64,000 nt of DNA from an uncultured archaeon. GTDB lineage: Archaea > Altiarchaeota > Altiarchaeia > IMC4 > CAZEGI01. How positions within the stretch are numbered: the first letter of the stretch is position 1; each line of letters starts with the position of its first letter. Made by a program: the position numbers and the translations under genes. The stretch lies in contig CAZEGI010000002.1 of the NCBI GenBank assembly GCA_964512105.1, positions 15,125 through 79,124 on the forward strand, written 5' to 3'. This document shows, piece after piece, positions 16,618 through 26,605 of this stretch. Below the pieces are notes generated by a model. That model made no database searches. It saw only the letters and a list, made by a program, of their open reading frames with translations, and was not told where the DNA came from.

Positions 16618-18129
16618 ATGGGACATAAATATACGGTTAAAATGAGAGTGCTTCTTTTGAACGCGCCATGCAGGTTCCCGATAGACGAGAAGACAGAAAG
16701 GTTCGTGGTCAGGGGCGGCATTCGCTGGCCGTTCTCAATCGTGAAGCCGAAGGACCGGGTGCAGGTTTCGATGTTTCCCTTTTATCTCGGCTATAGCGCG
16801 ACCCTGCTCGAGAAGGAAAATTTTGACGTGAGGGTTATAGATGCGATACCCTTGAATATGTCCTACGGGGACTTCTACAAGGAAGTCGGGAAGCGTTCGC
16901 CGGATCTTGTCGTGAGCGAATGTTCAACCATAAGCATATACAACGACCTAGAGATTGCTCGCAGGATTAAGGAACTGACGAACTCGAGGATATGTCTTGT
17001 GGGGCTTCACGTCTCCTCACTTCCGGAAGAAATCCTGAAGGAAAACGATTTTGTGGACTACATCTGCACGGGGGAATACGAACTGACCGTTCTCGAACTC
17101 TGCAAAAAACTCCGAGACAAAAAACCGCTGGATGATGTTTTGGGCCTTGCCTACAGAGAAGGCAAAAAAATCAGAATAAATCCAAGGAGACCGCCTATCG
17201 AACCTCTGGATCGGTTGCCGTTTCCCGCAAGGCACTTGTTCCCGATAGACACCAAGTGCGACATGGACGCGTACTTCGACCTGTGGTGCGAGAAGCGCCC
17301 CGCACTGCAGATGCACACCTCGAGGGGATGCCCGTACGGATGCAACTTCTGTGCATGGACGCAGGTGATGTACGGTGGCAGGGGCTACAGAATGTTCAGC
17401 CCGGATTACGTAATCCGCGAGATGAAGCACCTTATCAGCGAATACGGGGCAAAGGAGATTTACTTCGACGACGACGATTTCACGATAAACAAACAGCACG
17501 TCATGCAAATCTGCGACAGGATAAAAAACGAGGGCATAAGGATACCGTGGAGTTGCATGGGCGATGTGATAGCTACGGATGAGGAAATGATAAGGGCGAT
17601 GGCATCCGCAGGTTGCATAGGCTTGAAGTTCGGCGTCGAATCTGCAGATGAAGCGCTCATACGCAAAATCGGAAAACCAATCTCCCTGGAAAAGGTCGTG
17701 AAGGTCGCGGAATGGTGCAAGAAATACAAGCTCCGAACTCATGCCACCTTTACCTTCGGGCTTCTCGGCGAAACCAAGGCATCAATAGAAAAGACAATAA
17801 AGTTCGCGATGAACCTCGATGTTGACAGCGTCCAGTTCTCAATCACGACGCCTTTTCCAGGAACGAGGTTTTACGACGACGCGAAGCAGTACATCTCCGA
17901 GAAGGACTGGTCGAAGTACGACGGCTGCCAGCGTTCCGTGGTAAGTTACCCGAACCTCAGCGCCGGTGAGATCGAGGAGGCCTTCCATAGGGCGTGCCTC
18001 ATGTGGTCCAAGAAATGCCTGAAAAACCCGTCGTGGGTGAAGAAAAACGTGCTTCTGGCTTACAGATCGAACGGTCTGAAGGGCGTTTTAAGCGGCGCGC
18101 GTAAAGCAGCAAAAATACTCAGAAAATGA
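16618..18129 (+). CDS. B12-binding radical SAM enzyme (class B radical SAM; likely methyltransferase-type)
   Basis: N-terminal cobalamin-binding Rossmann-like region followed by CPYGCNFCA (CxxxCxxC). 503 aa. Confidence 0.8.
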   Translation: MGHKYTVKMRVLLLNAPCRFPIDEKTERFVVRGGIRWPFSIVKPKDRVQVSMFPFYLGYSATLLEKENFDVRVIDAIPLNMSYGDFYKEVGKRSPDLVVSECSTISIYNDLEIARRIKELTNSRICLVGLHVSSLPEEILKENDFVDYICTGEYELTVLELCKKLRDKKPLDDVLGLAYREGKKIRINPRRPPIEPLDRLPFPARHLFPIDTKCDMDAYFDLWCEKRPALQMHTSRGCPYGCNFCAWTQVMYGGRGYRMFSPDYVIREMKHLISEYGAKEIYFDDDDFTINKQHVMQICDRIKNEGIRIPWSCMGDVIATDEEMIRAMASAGCIGLKFGVESADEALIRKIGKPISLEKVVKVAEWCKKYKLRTHATFTFGLLGETKASIEKTIKFAMNLDVDSVQFSITTPFPGTRFYDDAKQYISEKDWSKYDGCQRSVVSYPNLSAGEIEEAFHRACLMWSKKCLKNPSWVKKNVLLAYRSNGLKGVLSGARKAAKILRK

Positions 18130-19064
18130 AACCGCTTGTTTCCGTCGTGATACCAGCGAAAAACGAGGAAAAATTCCTGCCGAAACTGCTCGGCACCCTG
18201 ATGAACCAAACCTACGACAACCTCGAGATAATTGTTGTTGATGACGGTTCCACAGACAGGACACCAGAAATCGCAATAGAGTTCAAAAAGAAAAGCCGGT
18301 TTCCTATAAAACTCGTAAAACATGAAAAAACAAAGGGCCTTACAGTAACGCGGAACGACGGCGTCAGAAATTCCAAGGGCGAAGTGATAGTGATGTTCGA
18401 TGCCGACAATGAGGTCAATCCGGAATACGTGTCAAAGGCGCTCGGGACTTTCACGGAGAATACCATTGGTGTCATACCCGTATACAAAAACACAAAGGAC
18501 ACGTTTGTCGAGAGGTGCATCGTCTCCATATTAAACAAGAAACCGCTCGAAATGCCGCTGTTCTGGAACAGGAAGGAGCTGGACAAACTCGGCTACTGGG
18601 ACGAGTCGCTCGGCTTCGGCGGCGACAGGGACATGTACTGGCGGCTGAACGAATACCGCAAAAAAACAGGGAAGGACATTCTCGTGAGCAATGGTTCAAT
18701 TCTGTACGTTCACCATCCGCACACGCTGAAGGAACTGTTCAGGCAGCAGCAGTATTACGGCAGGGGGCTTTACATCTTCATGAAGAAGAATCCGAACACC
18801 GACAATTTCAAAACGCTTTTCAGGATTGGATTCCCGCTTTTTTATATCGGTCCGGCAGCAGCCCTGCTGGGTGTGAGGTTCGGATGGCTTCTCCTCTTGC
18901 TCTCGTTGCCTTACATACTCATCGAACTTAAGCGCACAATTAACGGCCTCAGGAACAAGGAGGTTTACGCATTGCTGATGTTCCTGATAGATACCGTGAA
19001 ATGGCTGGGTCTTGTGGTTGGAATATCCGATTTCATACTCAAAGGGAAGAAATACAGAGAATGA
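18126..19064 (+). CDS. Glycosyltransferase, GT2 family with a C-terminal membrane segment
   Basis: VSVVIPAKNEE ... IIVVDDGSTDRT. Start overlaps the upstream stop (ATGA). Confidence 0.8.
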   Translation: MKPLVSVVIPAKNEEKFLPKLLGTLMNQTYDNLEIIVVDDGSTDRTPEIAIEFKKKSRFPIKLVKHEKTKGLTVTRNDGVRNSKGEVIVMFDADNEVNPEYVSKALGTFTENTIGVIPVYKNTKDTFVERCIVSILNKKPLEMPLFWNRKELDKLGYWDESLGFGGDRDMYWRLNEYRKKTGKDILVSNGSILYVHHPHTLKELFRQQQYYGRGLYIFMKKNPNTDNFKTLFRIGFPLFYIGPAAALLGVRFGWLLLLLSLPYILIELKRTINGLRNKEVYALLMFLIDTVKWLGLVVGISDFILKGKKYRE

Positions 19065-20104
19065 AAGTTGCTATTGTGAGGGGGCCGTTCCTGAACCCGT
19101 GGGAGATGCAGAACTACGATTTTGACGGCATCACTTACATCGGTAGCACTCCGCATTTTTACGAATTCAGCGACAAGAGAGCGGTGTTCCCCCGGATGTA
19201 TCACAACCCGCTCATCAGGGCAGCCGGTCTGGGCTACTTCATGCCCTCACTGAAAAAAATCCTCCGGGATTTTGATGTTGTTCATTCCGTGGAGGCGTAT
19301 CACTCCATGTCCCTGATGGCTGCACGTACATCAGGGAAGTTCGTTTTCACGCAATGGGAAACCCTGCCGGATTTTGGTTCTTACCTGTATCCGCCAAAAA
19401 AACTCATCTCAAAGCACGTGATAAAAAAAGCGGATTTGATACATGCGGTGACGCGGAGGGCCGCTGACTGCGTGATAAAACTTGGCGCAACTCCGAGTAA
19501 GGTTTTTGTCAAGCCGTACGGCGTTGACCCGAAAAAATTCAGGCCGGATGCGGAACCAAAATACAGAAGGAGATTTTTATCCGGTGGTGGCGGGGCCGTG
19601 ATACTTTTCATCGGCAGGATTGTCGAAGAGAAAGGAGTGCCGGTTCTCCTGGACGCATACAAAAATCTGAAGAGCAAGGCCCGGCTTGTTTTATGCGGCA
19701 GCGGTCCGGTAAAAACCCCCAACGACGTTATCCGGATTGACACCCTTCCCTACCATGAAGTCCCGTTTCTGCATGCAAGCGCGGACGTACTTTGTTTGCC
19801 GAGCGTTCCGCACAAAAAATGGGAAGAGCAGTTCGGCTTCGTCCTGGTCGAGGCGATGGCGTCAGGAAAGCCGGTTGTCGCTACGAATTCGGGAGCAATC
19901 CCCGAGATTGTGGAAGACCAGAAGAACGGATTCCTGGTTCCGCCGGGAAATTCCAAAAAACTAAGGGATGCGCTTGAGCATCTGATTGAAAATGAGTCTG
20001 AAAGAAAAAAAATCGGGATTAGAAACCGGAAAAAAGCGCTGGAGAGATTCAACGCAAAGAATTTTTCTGCGGAAATCCGCAAGAAGTACGAATCAATCTT
20101 GTGA
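19061..20104 (+). CDS. Glycosyltransferase, GT4 family
   Basis: ATGA overlap with the upstream gene. C-terminal EQFGFVLVEAMASGKPVVATNSGAIPEIV. Confidence 0.8.
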   Translation: MKVAIVRGPFLNPWEMQNYDFDGITYIGSTPHFYEFSDKRAVFPRMYHNPLIRAAGLGYFMPSLKKILRDFDVVHSVEAYHSMSLMAARTSGKFVFTQWETLPDFGSYLYPPKKLISKHVIKKADLIHAVTRRAADCVIKLGATPSKVFVKPYGVDPKKFRPDAEPKYRRRFLSGGGGAVILFIGRIVEEKGVPVLLDAYKNLKSKARLVLCGSGPVKTPNDVIRIDTLPYHEVPFLHASADVLCLPSVPHKKWEEQFGFVLVEAMASGKPVVATNSGAIPEIVEDQKNGFLVPPGNSKKLRDALEHLIENESERKKIGIRNRKKALERFNAKNFSAEIRKKYESIL

Positions 20105-21691
20105 TTTCAGTATGTAAATCGTTCCCGCATTCCTGCCAAGTATGTCCTCATAACCGAAAGACTTTATGGCTGAATAATTTCCGTAAACCTTCTCCCTGCA
20201 CGACGTTTTGTATGTCACTTCCCCGTTGAAACTGTCCGAATTCATCGAGATGAGGTAGGTCCGGTTTACCGCGCACCCGAAAGATATGTCCGAGAAGTGG
20301 AGCATGTTGTACTCCAAACCACCGTCTATTTCGTCAATAGGAACGTTCTGCTGCAGCAGGTAATTTATCGCGTCCCATCGCGCCGTGTTCCATGACAGGT
20401 AATCATAAGTGCCGTAGAGCGACCACACGCCGAACACGACAAGCATCAGAATCAGGCCTTCCATTCCGAACCGCATGTCCTTTACGGAATAAATCACTAT
20501 CGGCGCAACCAGCGGTATCAGCGGTATGTAGTATCTGTCGAAGTGGTATATCTGAAAGCCGAGAACCGCATACGGAACAATCATGCACAGAAGTAGCAGG
20601 TGTTTTTTGTCCTTCGGAAGCTTCATGGCGTAAAGCGCTATGCAAAACAGGGCCGCAAACGAGAGCACGGTTATCGGCACCCACCAGAAATCCGGAAAGA
20701 GTTCGGGCTTCACGCCCGCGACATACGCAGGCCCAAGCCATTCCGGTTCAATAATGTTCGCAGCGAACGGCATTATGAATCTTTTGTTTGCGACGAATTT
20801 GTATACCGGCACAAGCACTGCCAGAAGGGTTATAAAAACCGGCACGGTTTTTGCTCTGCCCAGCCCCATAAAATCCCTCATCACGTGCCTCCAGTTCAGC
20901 ATGTACACGAGAGCAACCGGGAAGAAGAAGAACCCGACATAAGTGAATATCTTGAAAAGAACATACGGCACGTTGATGAGGTGCTCCGAAAGGTATGCCG
21001 TCTTTTCCGTTATCTTTGGCGAAGGTCCGTATATCTCGTAATACCAGTAGAACCATCCTGTAACTACAATTAGCGGCAGCAGCCCCAGAACCGCAAGGTT
21101 TTTTGCGTTCAATTTTTTCTCGAGCAGGAGGTAGAGCGCAACACCGGCAAGCGGTATTATCGCTGTTTGCTTTACCAGAAAACTCATCACGCCGAATACG
21201 GAAACTACAATCAGATACCTGCTGTCCTTCCCGAGCACAACCTTGAACGCGGCGAGAACCGTAAGCATCGTGAACGCGAGAGCAGGAACGTCGGTCATGA
21301 ACGAGTGGCTCAGGTTGTAGAATATCGGATTCGTGAGCAGAATAGCGGCTCCGATAAAAGCCATTTTCTCGGAAAAAAACTCTTTAAGGAACAGATACGT
21401 CGCTATTACGGCGATGCCAGCGACAAGCATCGTGCCAACCATCAGAACCTCATGGCTGAAACCGAAAATTTTCACGAGGAGTATGCTGTACAGGTATTGG
21501 AGTATGAAGGTGGGCGTCACGTACTTGTGGATTTCCAGGGCGCCCCTCTCCACGTAGTTCTTCACGGACATGTAGAATATCGGGTCGTCGTTCAGCGGAA
21601 CGTTCCTCGGCAGCACCAAAAACAAAAAAACGTACGTAATCGCCGCAACAGCCAACACATCAAGCTTTCTCATCTTGTCAATAACAATCAC
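20093..21691 (-). CDS. Large polytopic membrane protein, GT-C-like (ArnT/PMT/GT39-83-like dolichyl-P-sugar-dependent glycosyltransferase candidate)
   Basis: ~12 predicted TM helices (very hydrophobic N-terminal 400 aa) plus a ~100-aa C-terminal soluble domain. Cluster context. Confidence 0.5.
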   Translation of the reverse strand: MIVIDKMRKLDVLAVAAITYVFLFLVLPRNVPLNDDPIFYMSVKNYVERGALEIHKYVTPTFILQYLYSILLVKIFGFSHEVLMVGTMLVAGIAVIATYLFLKEFFSEKMAFIGAAILLTNPIFYNLSHSFMTDVPALAFTMLTVLAAFKVVLGKDSRYLIVVSVFGVMSFLVKQTAIIPLAGVALYLLLEKKLNAKNLAVLGLLPLIVVTGWFYWYYEIYGPSPKITEKTAYLSEHLINVPYVLFKIFTYVGFFFFPVALVYMLNWRHVMRDFMGLGRAKTVPVFITLLAVLVPVYKFVANKRFIMPFAANIIEPEWLGPAYVAGVKPELFPDFWWVPITVLSFAALFCIALYAMKLPKDKKHLLLLCMIVPYAVLGFQIYHFDRYYIPLIPLVAPIVIYSVKDMRFGMEGLILMLVVFGVWSLYGTYDYLSWNTARWDAINYLLQQNVPIDEIDGGLEYNMLHFSDISFGCAVNRTYLISMNSDSFNGEVTYKTSCREKVYGNYSAIKSFGYEDILGRNAGTIYILKSQD

Positions 21692-21700
21692 CTTTGTCCC

Positions 21701-22618
21701 TTAAATCCGATGTTTTTCCGCAAGCTCCCGCATGGTCACGATTTTCCTGCCGCTGTCCAGTATCGTCTCGATTGCCTTCCTGAGGATTTCGGTTTTTTTT
21801 CCAAGTGGCGTATCCAATCGTTCCAGGAAAATCCTTCTCTTCGGGTCGAGGTCGTTTCTGTCCATAAGGTCCGCGGGGTGAACCGTATAGTAAAACGCGT
21901 CTGTCTCGCGCAGGCACGAGTCGAGGATTTTCTTGTGCAGCCCCCATCCCAAAACAAAGGCCATGGTGTGCCAGCATGCCACCCTCAAATGGTTCGTGGG
22001 CATGGGCATCACGGTGATGCCTCCGCCTTTTTTTGCATCCCCGCCGAACAAATCGCCGTTGCTGCGGTAGACGCCCCGCGGTCCGAAGAGATTCAGAAGA
22101 AAATCCCTGCGCCTTAGTATCCTGAAGATTTTTTCGCTGCCGATGTGGTTGTACATGTATTTGAGCATGACAGGAAATATAACCCATGAAGGGAACGAGG
22201 ACGCATCGTAGCTGTAGCCCAGTTCCATTAAAACCCTTATAAGTTCCGGCGATGTGGACCAAGCCGGTGATATAAAACCATCAGGTTTGTGTCCGGTGGT
22301 TTCCTCGATAATCTTATGTGACAGTTCGACTTCGCCGCGTATCCCGCTCTTGCTCATTACTCCTATGTTTATCGGGTGGGACCATGAGTGGTTTCCAATC
22401 TCATGACCCTGCGATGACCACTCCCCGACACGCTCGCGGTTTTCGGTTTTTTCGAGGTCCCTCCCTATTACGTAAATGCTGTACCTGAAATCGTACTCGT
22501 CAGCTATCCTGAAAAATCTCTCTGAAATTTCAAAGAAGGTTGGGTCACGGTAGTTTTGGGGGAAACCGTACGCCTCGCCTAGGGAATCCAGATGTAAACT
22601 AATCGCCGCATACTTCAT
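21701..22618 (-). CDS. Polysaccharide deacetylase (CE4/NodB homology domain)
   Basis: HEIGNHSWSHP motif and DASSFPS block. Confidence 0.8.
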   Translation of the reverse strand: MKYAAISLHLDSLGEAYGFPQNYRDPTFFEISERFFRIADEYDFRYSIYVIGRDLEKTENRERVGEWSSQGHEIGNHSWSHPINIGVMSKSGIRGEVELSHKIIEETTGHKPDGFISPAWSTSPELIRVLMELGYSYDASSFPSWVIFPVMLKYMYNHIGSEKIFRILRRRDFLLNLFGPRGVYRSNGDLFGGDAKKGGGITVMPMPTNHLRVACWHTMAFVLGWGLHKKILDSCLRETDAFYYTVHPADLMDRNDLDPKRRIFLERLDTPLGKKTEILRKAIETILDSGRKIVTMRELAEKHRI

Positions 22619-22685
22619 TCCATATCACGTATGACGTATTATCCCCAAGGATTTATATACAGCGAATAGCATATATGAGGAGAAA

Positions 22686-23750
22686 ATGATATCCATCGTG
22701 CTGGGCACAAGACCGGAAATCATCAAGATGTCGCCTGTAATCAGGGCTCTTGACAGGAAACGTGCGAAATACTTCATACTACACACGGGCCAGCATTACT
22801 CCAAGGAGCTCGATGAGGTGTTCTTCCGTGATTTGAATCTACAGCAGCCGAAGTATAACCTCGGCGTTGGTTCGGGTTCGCATGCACACGAGATAGGCAA
22901 GATGCTTGTCGGGATAGAAACTGTTCTCAACAAAGAGAAGCCAGATATTGTCCTTGTAGAAGGCGACACAAACACCGTTCTGGCCGGAGCGCTTGCGGCG
23001 TCCAAACTTGGAATAAAGGTGGGGCATGTGGAAGCGGGTCTGCGCTCGTATGACAGGCAAATGCCCGAAGAGCTTAACAGGATTCTTGCGGACCACTGCT
23101 CCGACCTGCTTTTTTCACCGACAAAAAATTCCAGAAAAATACTGCTTGGCGAAGGAATCCCCAGAGAGAAAATATTCGTCACAGGAAACACCATCGTTGA
23201 TGCCGTAAAACAAAACCTTAACCGGATAAAAAACTCAAGCGTTTTGAGCAAATTGAATTTAAACAGGAAATCCTACTTCCTTACAACGGCCCACCGGGCC
23301 GAAAACGTCGATGACATAAAAAGATTCAAAAACATACTTGATGGTTTGCATCTGATACGGAAGGAATTTAACCTGCCCGTGATATACCCGATACACCCGA
23401 GGTCAAGAAAGATGTTCCGCTCATTCAGGCTGAAGTGCGACGGCATAACCTTCGTTGACCCGGTCGGGTTTATAGATTTTTTGAACCTGTTAAGCAACGC
23501 ACGTCTCGTTCTCACGGATTCCGGCGGGGTGCAGGAAGAGTCATGCGTTCTCGGGGTTCCGTGCGTGACCATGAGGGACAACACCGAGCGGCCCGAAACG
23601 CTGGAAGTCGGAAGCAACGCGCTCGCGGGTGCTGACAGCACATCTATACTCAAAAAAACAAAATACATGCTGTCCAAAAAAGCGGGGTGGAAAAACCCGT
23701 TTGGCGATGGCAGGGCAGGGGGGCGCATCGCGTCGATAATCACAAAATGA
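22686..23750 (+). CDS. wecB: UDP-N-acetylglucosamine 2-epimerase (non-hydrolysing)
   Basis: IVLGTRPEIIKMSPV ... HVEAGLRSYDRQMPEE ... DSGGVQEE motifs. Confidence 0.9.
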   Translation: MISIVLGTRPEIIKMSPVIRALDRKRAKYFILHTGQHYSKELDEVFFRDLNLQQPKYNLGVGSGSHAHEIGKMLVGIETVLNKEKPDIVLVEGDTNTVLAGALAASKLGIKVGHVEAGLRSYDRQMPEELNRILADHCSDLLFSPTKNSRKILLGEGIPREKIFVTGNTIVDAVKQNLNRIKNSSVLSKLNLNRKSYFLTTAHRAENVDDIKRFKNILDGLHLIRKEFNLPVIYPIHPRSRKMFRSFRLKCDGITFVDPVGFIDFLNLLSNARLVLTDSGGVQEESCVLGVPCVTMRDNTERPETLEVGSNALAGADSTSILKKTKYMLSKKAGWKNPFGDGRAGGRIASIITK

Positions 23751-24448
23751 ATGCCGTTGTAATACCCATGTTCAACGAGGAGGACAATGTCGTTCCGCTT
23801 ACCGAGAGGATAGAGGGCGTATTTGCCAAGAACAACATACGATGTGACATCGTTCTGCTTAACGACGGAAGCAGGGACAAAACCCTGGAGAAGATGCGCG
23901 AGGTTTCCAAAAGGTACGACAACGTAAAAATAGTTTCAAGCGACGTCAATATCGGATTCGGAAAAATCGTGAAGAAGGGCATACGATACTGCATCGATTC
24001 CGGATACGACATCCTGATATTCATGGACGGCGATTTAACGCACGACCCCGCGGAAATACCGCAATTTCTCAGGGCGATGGACGGAGTGGACATGGTGATA
24101 GGTTCAAGATACGTGAACGGCGGCGGGATGAAGAACGTTCCTCTCAAGAGGGTTTTGGTAAGCCATCTCGGAAATCTGTTCCTCAAGATATTCTTCCGTC
24201 TGCCTGTAAAGGACGCAACCGGCGGTTACCGCGCGGTAAGAACCGGCGTGTTCAAAAAAATAAAACTGAAGGAAGAAGGGTTTGTCCTGCAGCTTGAAGA
24301 GGTTGCCGAGGCGAGCAAGAAGGGCTTCGTGATAAGGGAAGTTCCAATCGTGGTGTCAAACAGGGTTTATGGGACATCGAAATTCAACCTGTCGCCGAGA
24401 CACATCCTGACCTACCTCACGTTCTCAATAAAAAATCGTTTCAGGTAA
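23747..24448 (+). CDS. Glycosyltransferase, GT2 family (dolichyl-phosphate sugar synthase-like)
   Basis: MNAVVIPMFNEEDN ... LLNDGSRDKT. ATGA overlap with wecB. Confidence 0.8.
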   Translation: MNAVVIPMFNEEDNVVPLTERIEGVFAKNNIRCDIVLLNDGSRDKTLEKMREVSKRYDNVKIVSSDVNIGFGKIVKKGIRYCIDSGYDILIFMDGDLTHDPAEIPQFLRAMDGVDMVIGSRYVNGGGMKNVPLKRVLVSHLGNLFLKIFFRLPVKDATGGYRAVRTGVFKKIKLKEEGFVLQLEEVAEASKKGFVIREVPIVVSNRVYGTSKFNLSPRHILTYLTFSIKNRFR

Positions 24449-24449
24449 C

Positions 24450-25148
24450 ATGACAGACAATCCATGGGATTCCTACTTCGCATCAAAAGGGGTTTCCGAG
24501 TACGACTTGAGATACTGGAAGTTCATGGAGAAATTTGCCGCACCCCTCGGTGACAACGCGCTCGTACTTGAGGCAGGATGCGGTTCGGGCCGCGCTCTCC
24601 TCCAGTTCAAAAAAAGTTTCAATGTTGGCCTTGACAACTCGAAGAAGGCGCTTACAATAGCAAAACAAAACCTTGCAGGAACAAAACACGCCCTTGTCAT
24701 GGCAGATATAAGAAAACTGCCTTTCAGGGACAACGCTTTTGGTCTGGTGTACAACTCCGGCGTGCTGGAGCACTTTCCAAAGCCCGATGACCTTGAGGTG
24801 ATGTCCGAGCTTGCGAGAGTTGCAAGGAAGGGCGGCAGGGTCGTTGTCATAGTTCCGAACACCCTCTGCCTGTGGTATGTGCTGGGGAAAAACCTCGCAC
24901 GTCTGCTCGGGAGATGGAGATTCAGTTACGAGGGTTCGTACACCCTGTGGGGCCTGAAAAAACTTTTCAGCAGTGCCGGCTTGAGGGTGGAGTCGTCCAG
25001 CGGGTTTCAGTTGTTCCCGCCATCGCATGATGGATTTCGCAGATTGTATCCTCATGTTTTTTACATGCTGTTCTCCGGCATAGAAAAAAGAATAAAAAAC
25101 CTAAACAAATATATTGCATACGTTGTTGCTATCGTTGGTGCAAAATGA
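24450..25148 (+). CDS. Class I SAM-dependent methyltransferase
   Basis: VLEAGCGSGRA motif I. Acidic motif II MADIRKLPF. Confidence 0.8.
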   Translation: MTDNPWDSYFASKGVSEYDLRYWKFMEKFAAPLGDNALVLEAGCGSGRALLQFKKSFNVGLDNSKKALTIAKQNLAGTKHALVMADIRKLPFRDNAFGLVYNSGVLEHFPKPDDLEVMSELARVARKGGRVVVIVPNTLCLWYVLGKNLARLLGRWRFSYEGSYTLWGLKKLFSSAGLRVESSSGFQLFPPSHDGFRRLYPHVFYMLFSGIEKRIKNLNKYIAYVVAIVGAK

Positions 25149-26605
25149 AATGGTACTCCAAGCTGCTCAGTGAGAACATCTACGGCGTGGGCGTGAACAT
25201 CTCCATGCTGATTGGCGGCATAGGCTCGGTGATCATATTCCCCAAGCTTTTGGGTCCAGAACAGTTCGGCTATTTCTCGATAGCATTCGCTATTGTGAAT
25301 TTCTGCCTTTTCTTTGCAAACGTTGGAATGGATACCGCCGTTCTGAAATTCATATCCTCAAGCACGGTCTGGGGAAACACCAAGGAATACCTGCGCATAT
25401 TCTCAAAGTGGCGATACATCCTCACGCTTGCAACTTTTGTTTCAATCTTTCTGCTTTCGGATGCGATTGCGGAGTACATATTCAAAAACCCGGCTCTTGG
25501 CACCGGTATCAGAATCGGCTCGTTTTACCTACTCTTCTATTCACTATACACCTACTACGGCTCGATACTGACTGGGCTGATGAAAAACCGGTCGTTTTTC
25601 ATATCGTCCGTGATTTACGACTTTTCGAGGGTCGTGATGCCTGTACTGCTTTTTTCGTTTTTTTTGGGTTACGGAAGCATTATCTGGGGCATCGTTGCGG
25701 CAGCAATCGTTGCGTTCCTAATAGTCCGCAAGGAAGTCGCTCGTACAATCATGCCCGACACATCCAAATGGATTGATACATCAAACCTGAAAAGTTTCAT
25801 CCGTTACGGCATGATAGGTTACTTCGGGACGCTTCTGATACAGTGGATGGACTCGATGATACTCGGCATATTCCAAAGTTCGTCCGAGGTTGGATTTTAC
25901 AGATTAGGCGTAATGCTCGTTAGTTCTGTCGGCCTCATGATACCGTTTTCGCAAAAGATACTGTTTCCATTTTATTCCGAAAAGCACGAATCCCAAAGAA
26001 AAAGCGAGATAGACAGCATATTCAAGCACACGTTCAAATATGGCATAATATTCGCACTGCTGTTTGTGCTCGGTTTCGTTCTGGTTTCCGACTACTTCAT
26101 AAAGTTTGTATACGGTGATGTGTATTCTGCGTCATATCCCATTATCGTGATACTCTCGATACTGAACCTCGAGGTCGTCCTGAATTCAGTGACGCGCCCG
26201 TTGCTGCTGGGCATAGGCAGGATAGACATCACAACAAAATACGTTTTGATTGTGGGCACGGTAGCCACAGTGCTGAATTTTATCGTTGCTCCGGTCCATG
26301 GGATGTACGGTGTCGCGTTTGTTACAATGCTCGTAAGGTTACTCTCGATACTTGTGCTTACGCATTACACGCTGAGGGTGTCGTCCATACGGGTTCCGTG
26401 GGCGATGTATTCAAAACCCATTCTGTGCTTTCTTATAACGCTGGTTTTGTTCTATCCGTTAAGGCCGATGGTAAACTCGCTGGCTATGGGAATCATATTC
26501 TCGGGTTTGATAACCATCGCGTACGCTTCGTTGTTGTTCGTAACAAAAAGCGTAACGACAGATGAGTTTATGAAGCTTATCCCTCGGGGACACGATACAA
26601 AATGA
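25145..26605 (+). CDS. Polysaccharide/oligosaccharide flippase (Wzx-like, MOP superfamily)
   Basis: 486 aa, ~12-14 TM, typical polysaccharide biosynthesis protein profile. Overlaps the upstream stop. Confidence 0.7.
   Translation: MKWYSKLLSENIYGVGVNISMLIGGIGSVIIFPKLLGPEQFGYFSIAFAIVNFCLFFANVGMDTAVLKFISSSTVWGNTKEYLRIFSKWRYILTLATFVSIFLLSDAIAEYIFKNPALGTGIRIGSFYLLFYSLYTYYGSILTGLMKNRSFFISSVIYDFSRVVMPVLLFSFFLGYGSIIWGIVAAAIVAFLIVRKEVARTIMPDTSKWIDTSNLKSFIRYGMIGYFGTLLIQWMDSMILGIFQSSSEVGFYRLGVMLVSSVGLMIPFSQKILFPFYSEKHESQRKSEIDSIFKHTFKYGIIFALLFVLGFVLVSDYFIKFVYGDVYSASYPIIVILSILNLEVVLNSVTRPLLLGIGRIDITTKYVLIVGTVATVLNFIVAPVHGMYGVAFVTMLVRLLSILVLTHYTLRVSSIRVPWAMYSKPILCFLITLVLFYPLRPMVNSLAMGIIFSGLITIAYASLLFVTKSVTTDEFMKLIPRGHDTK

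Noticed and set aside
17017-17742. 241-aa antisense ORF inside the B12-radical SAM gene
   Set aside because: The opposite strand carries the CxxxCxxC radical SAM motif and coherent domain structure. The antisense translation is Arg/His-rich and featureless.
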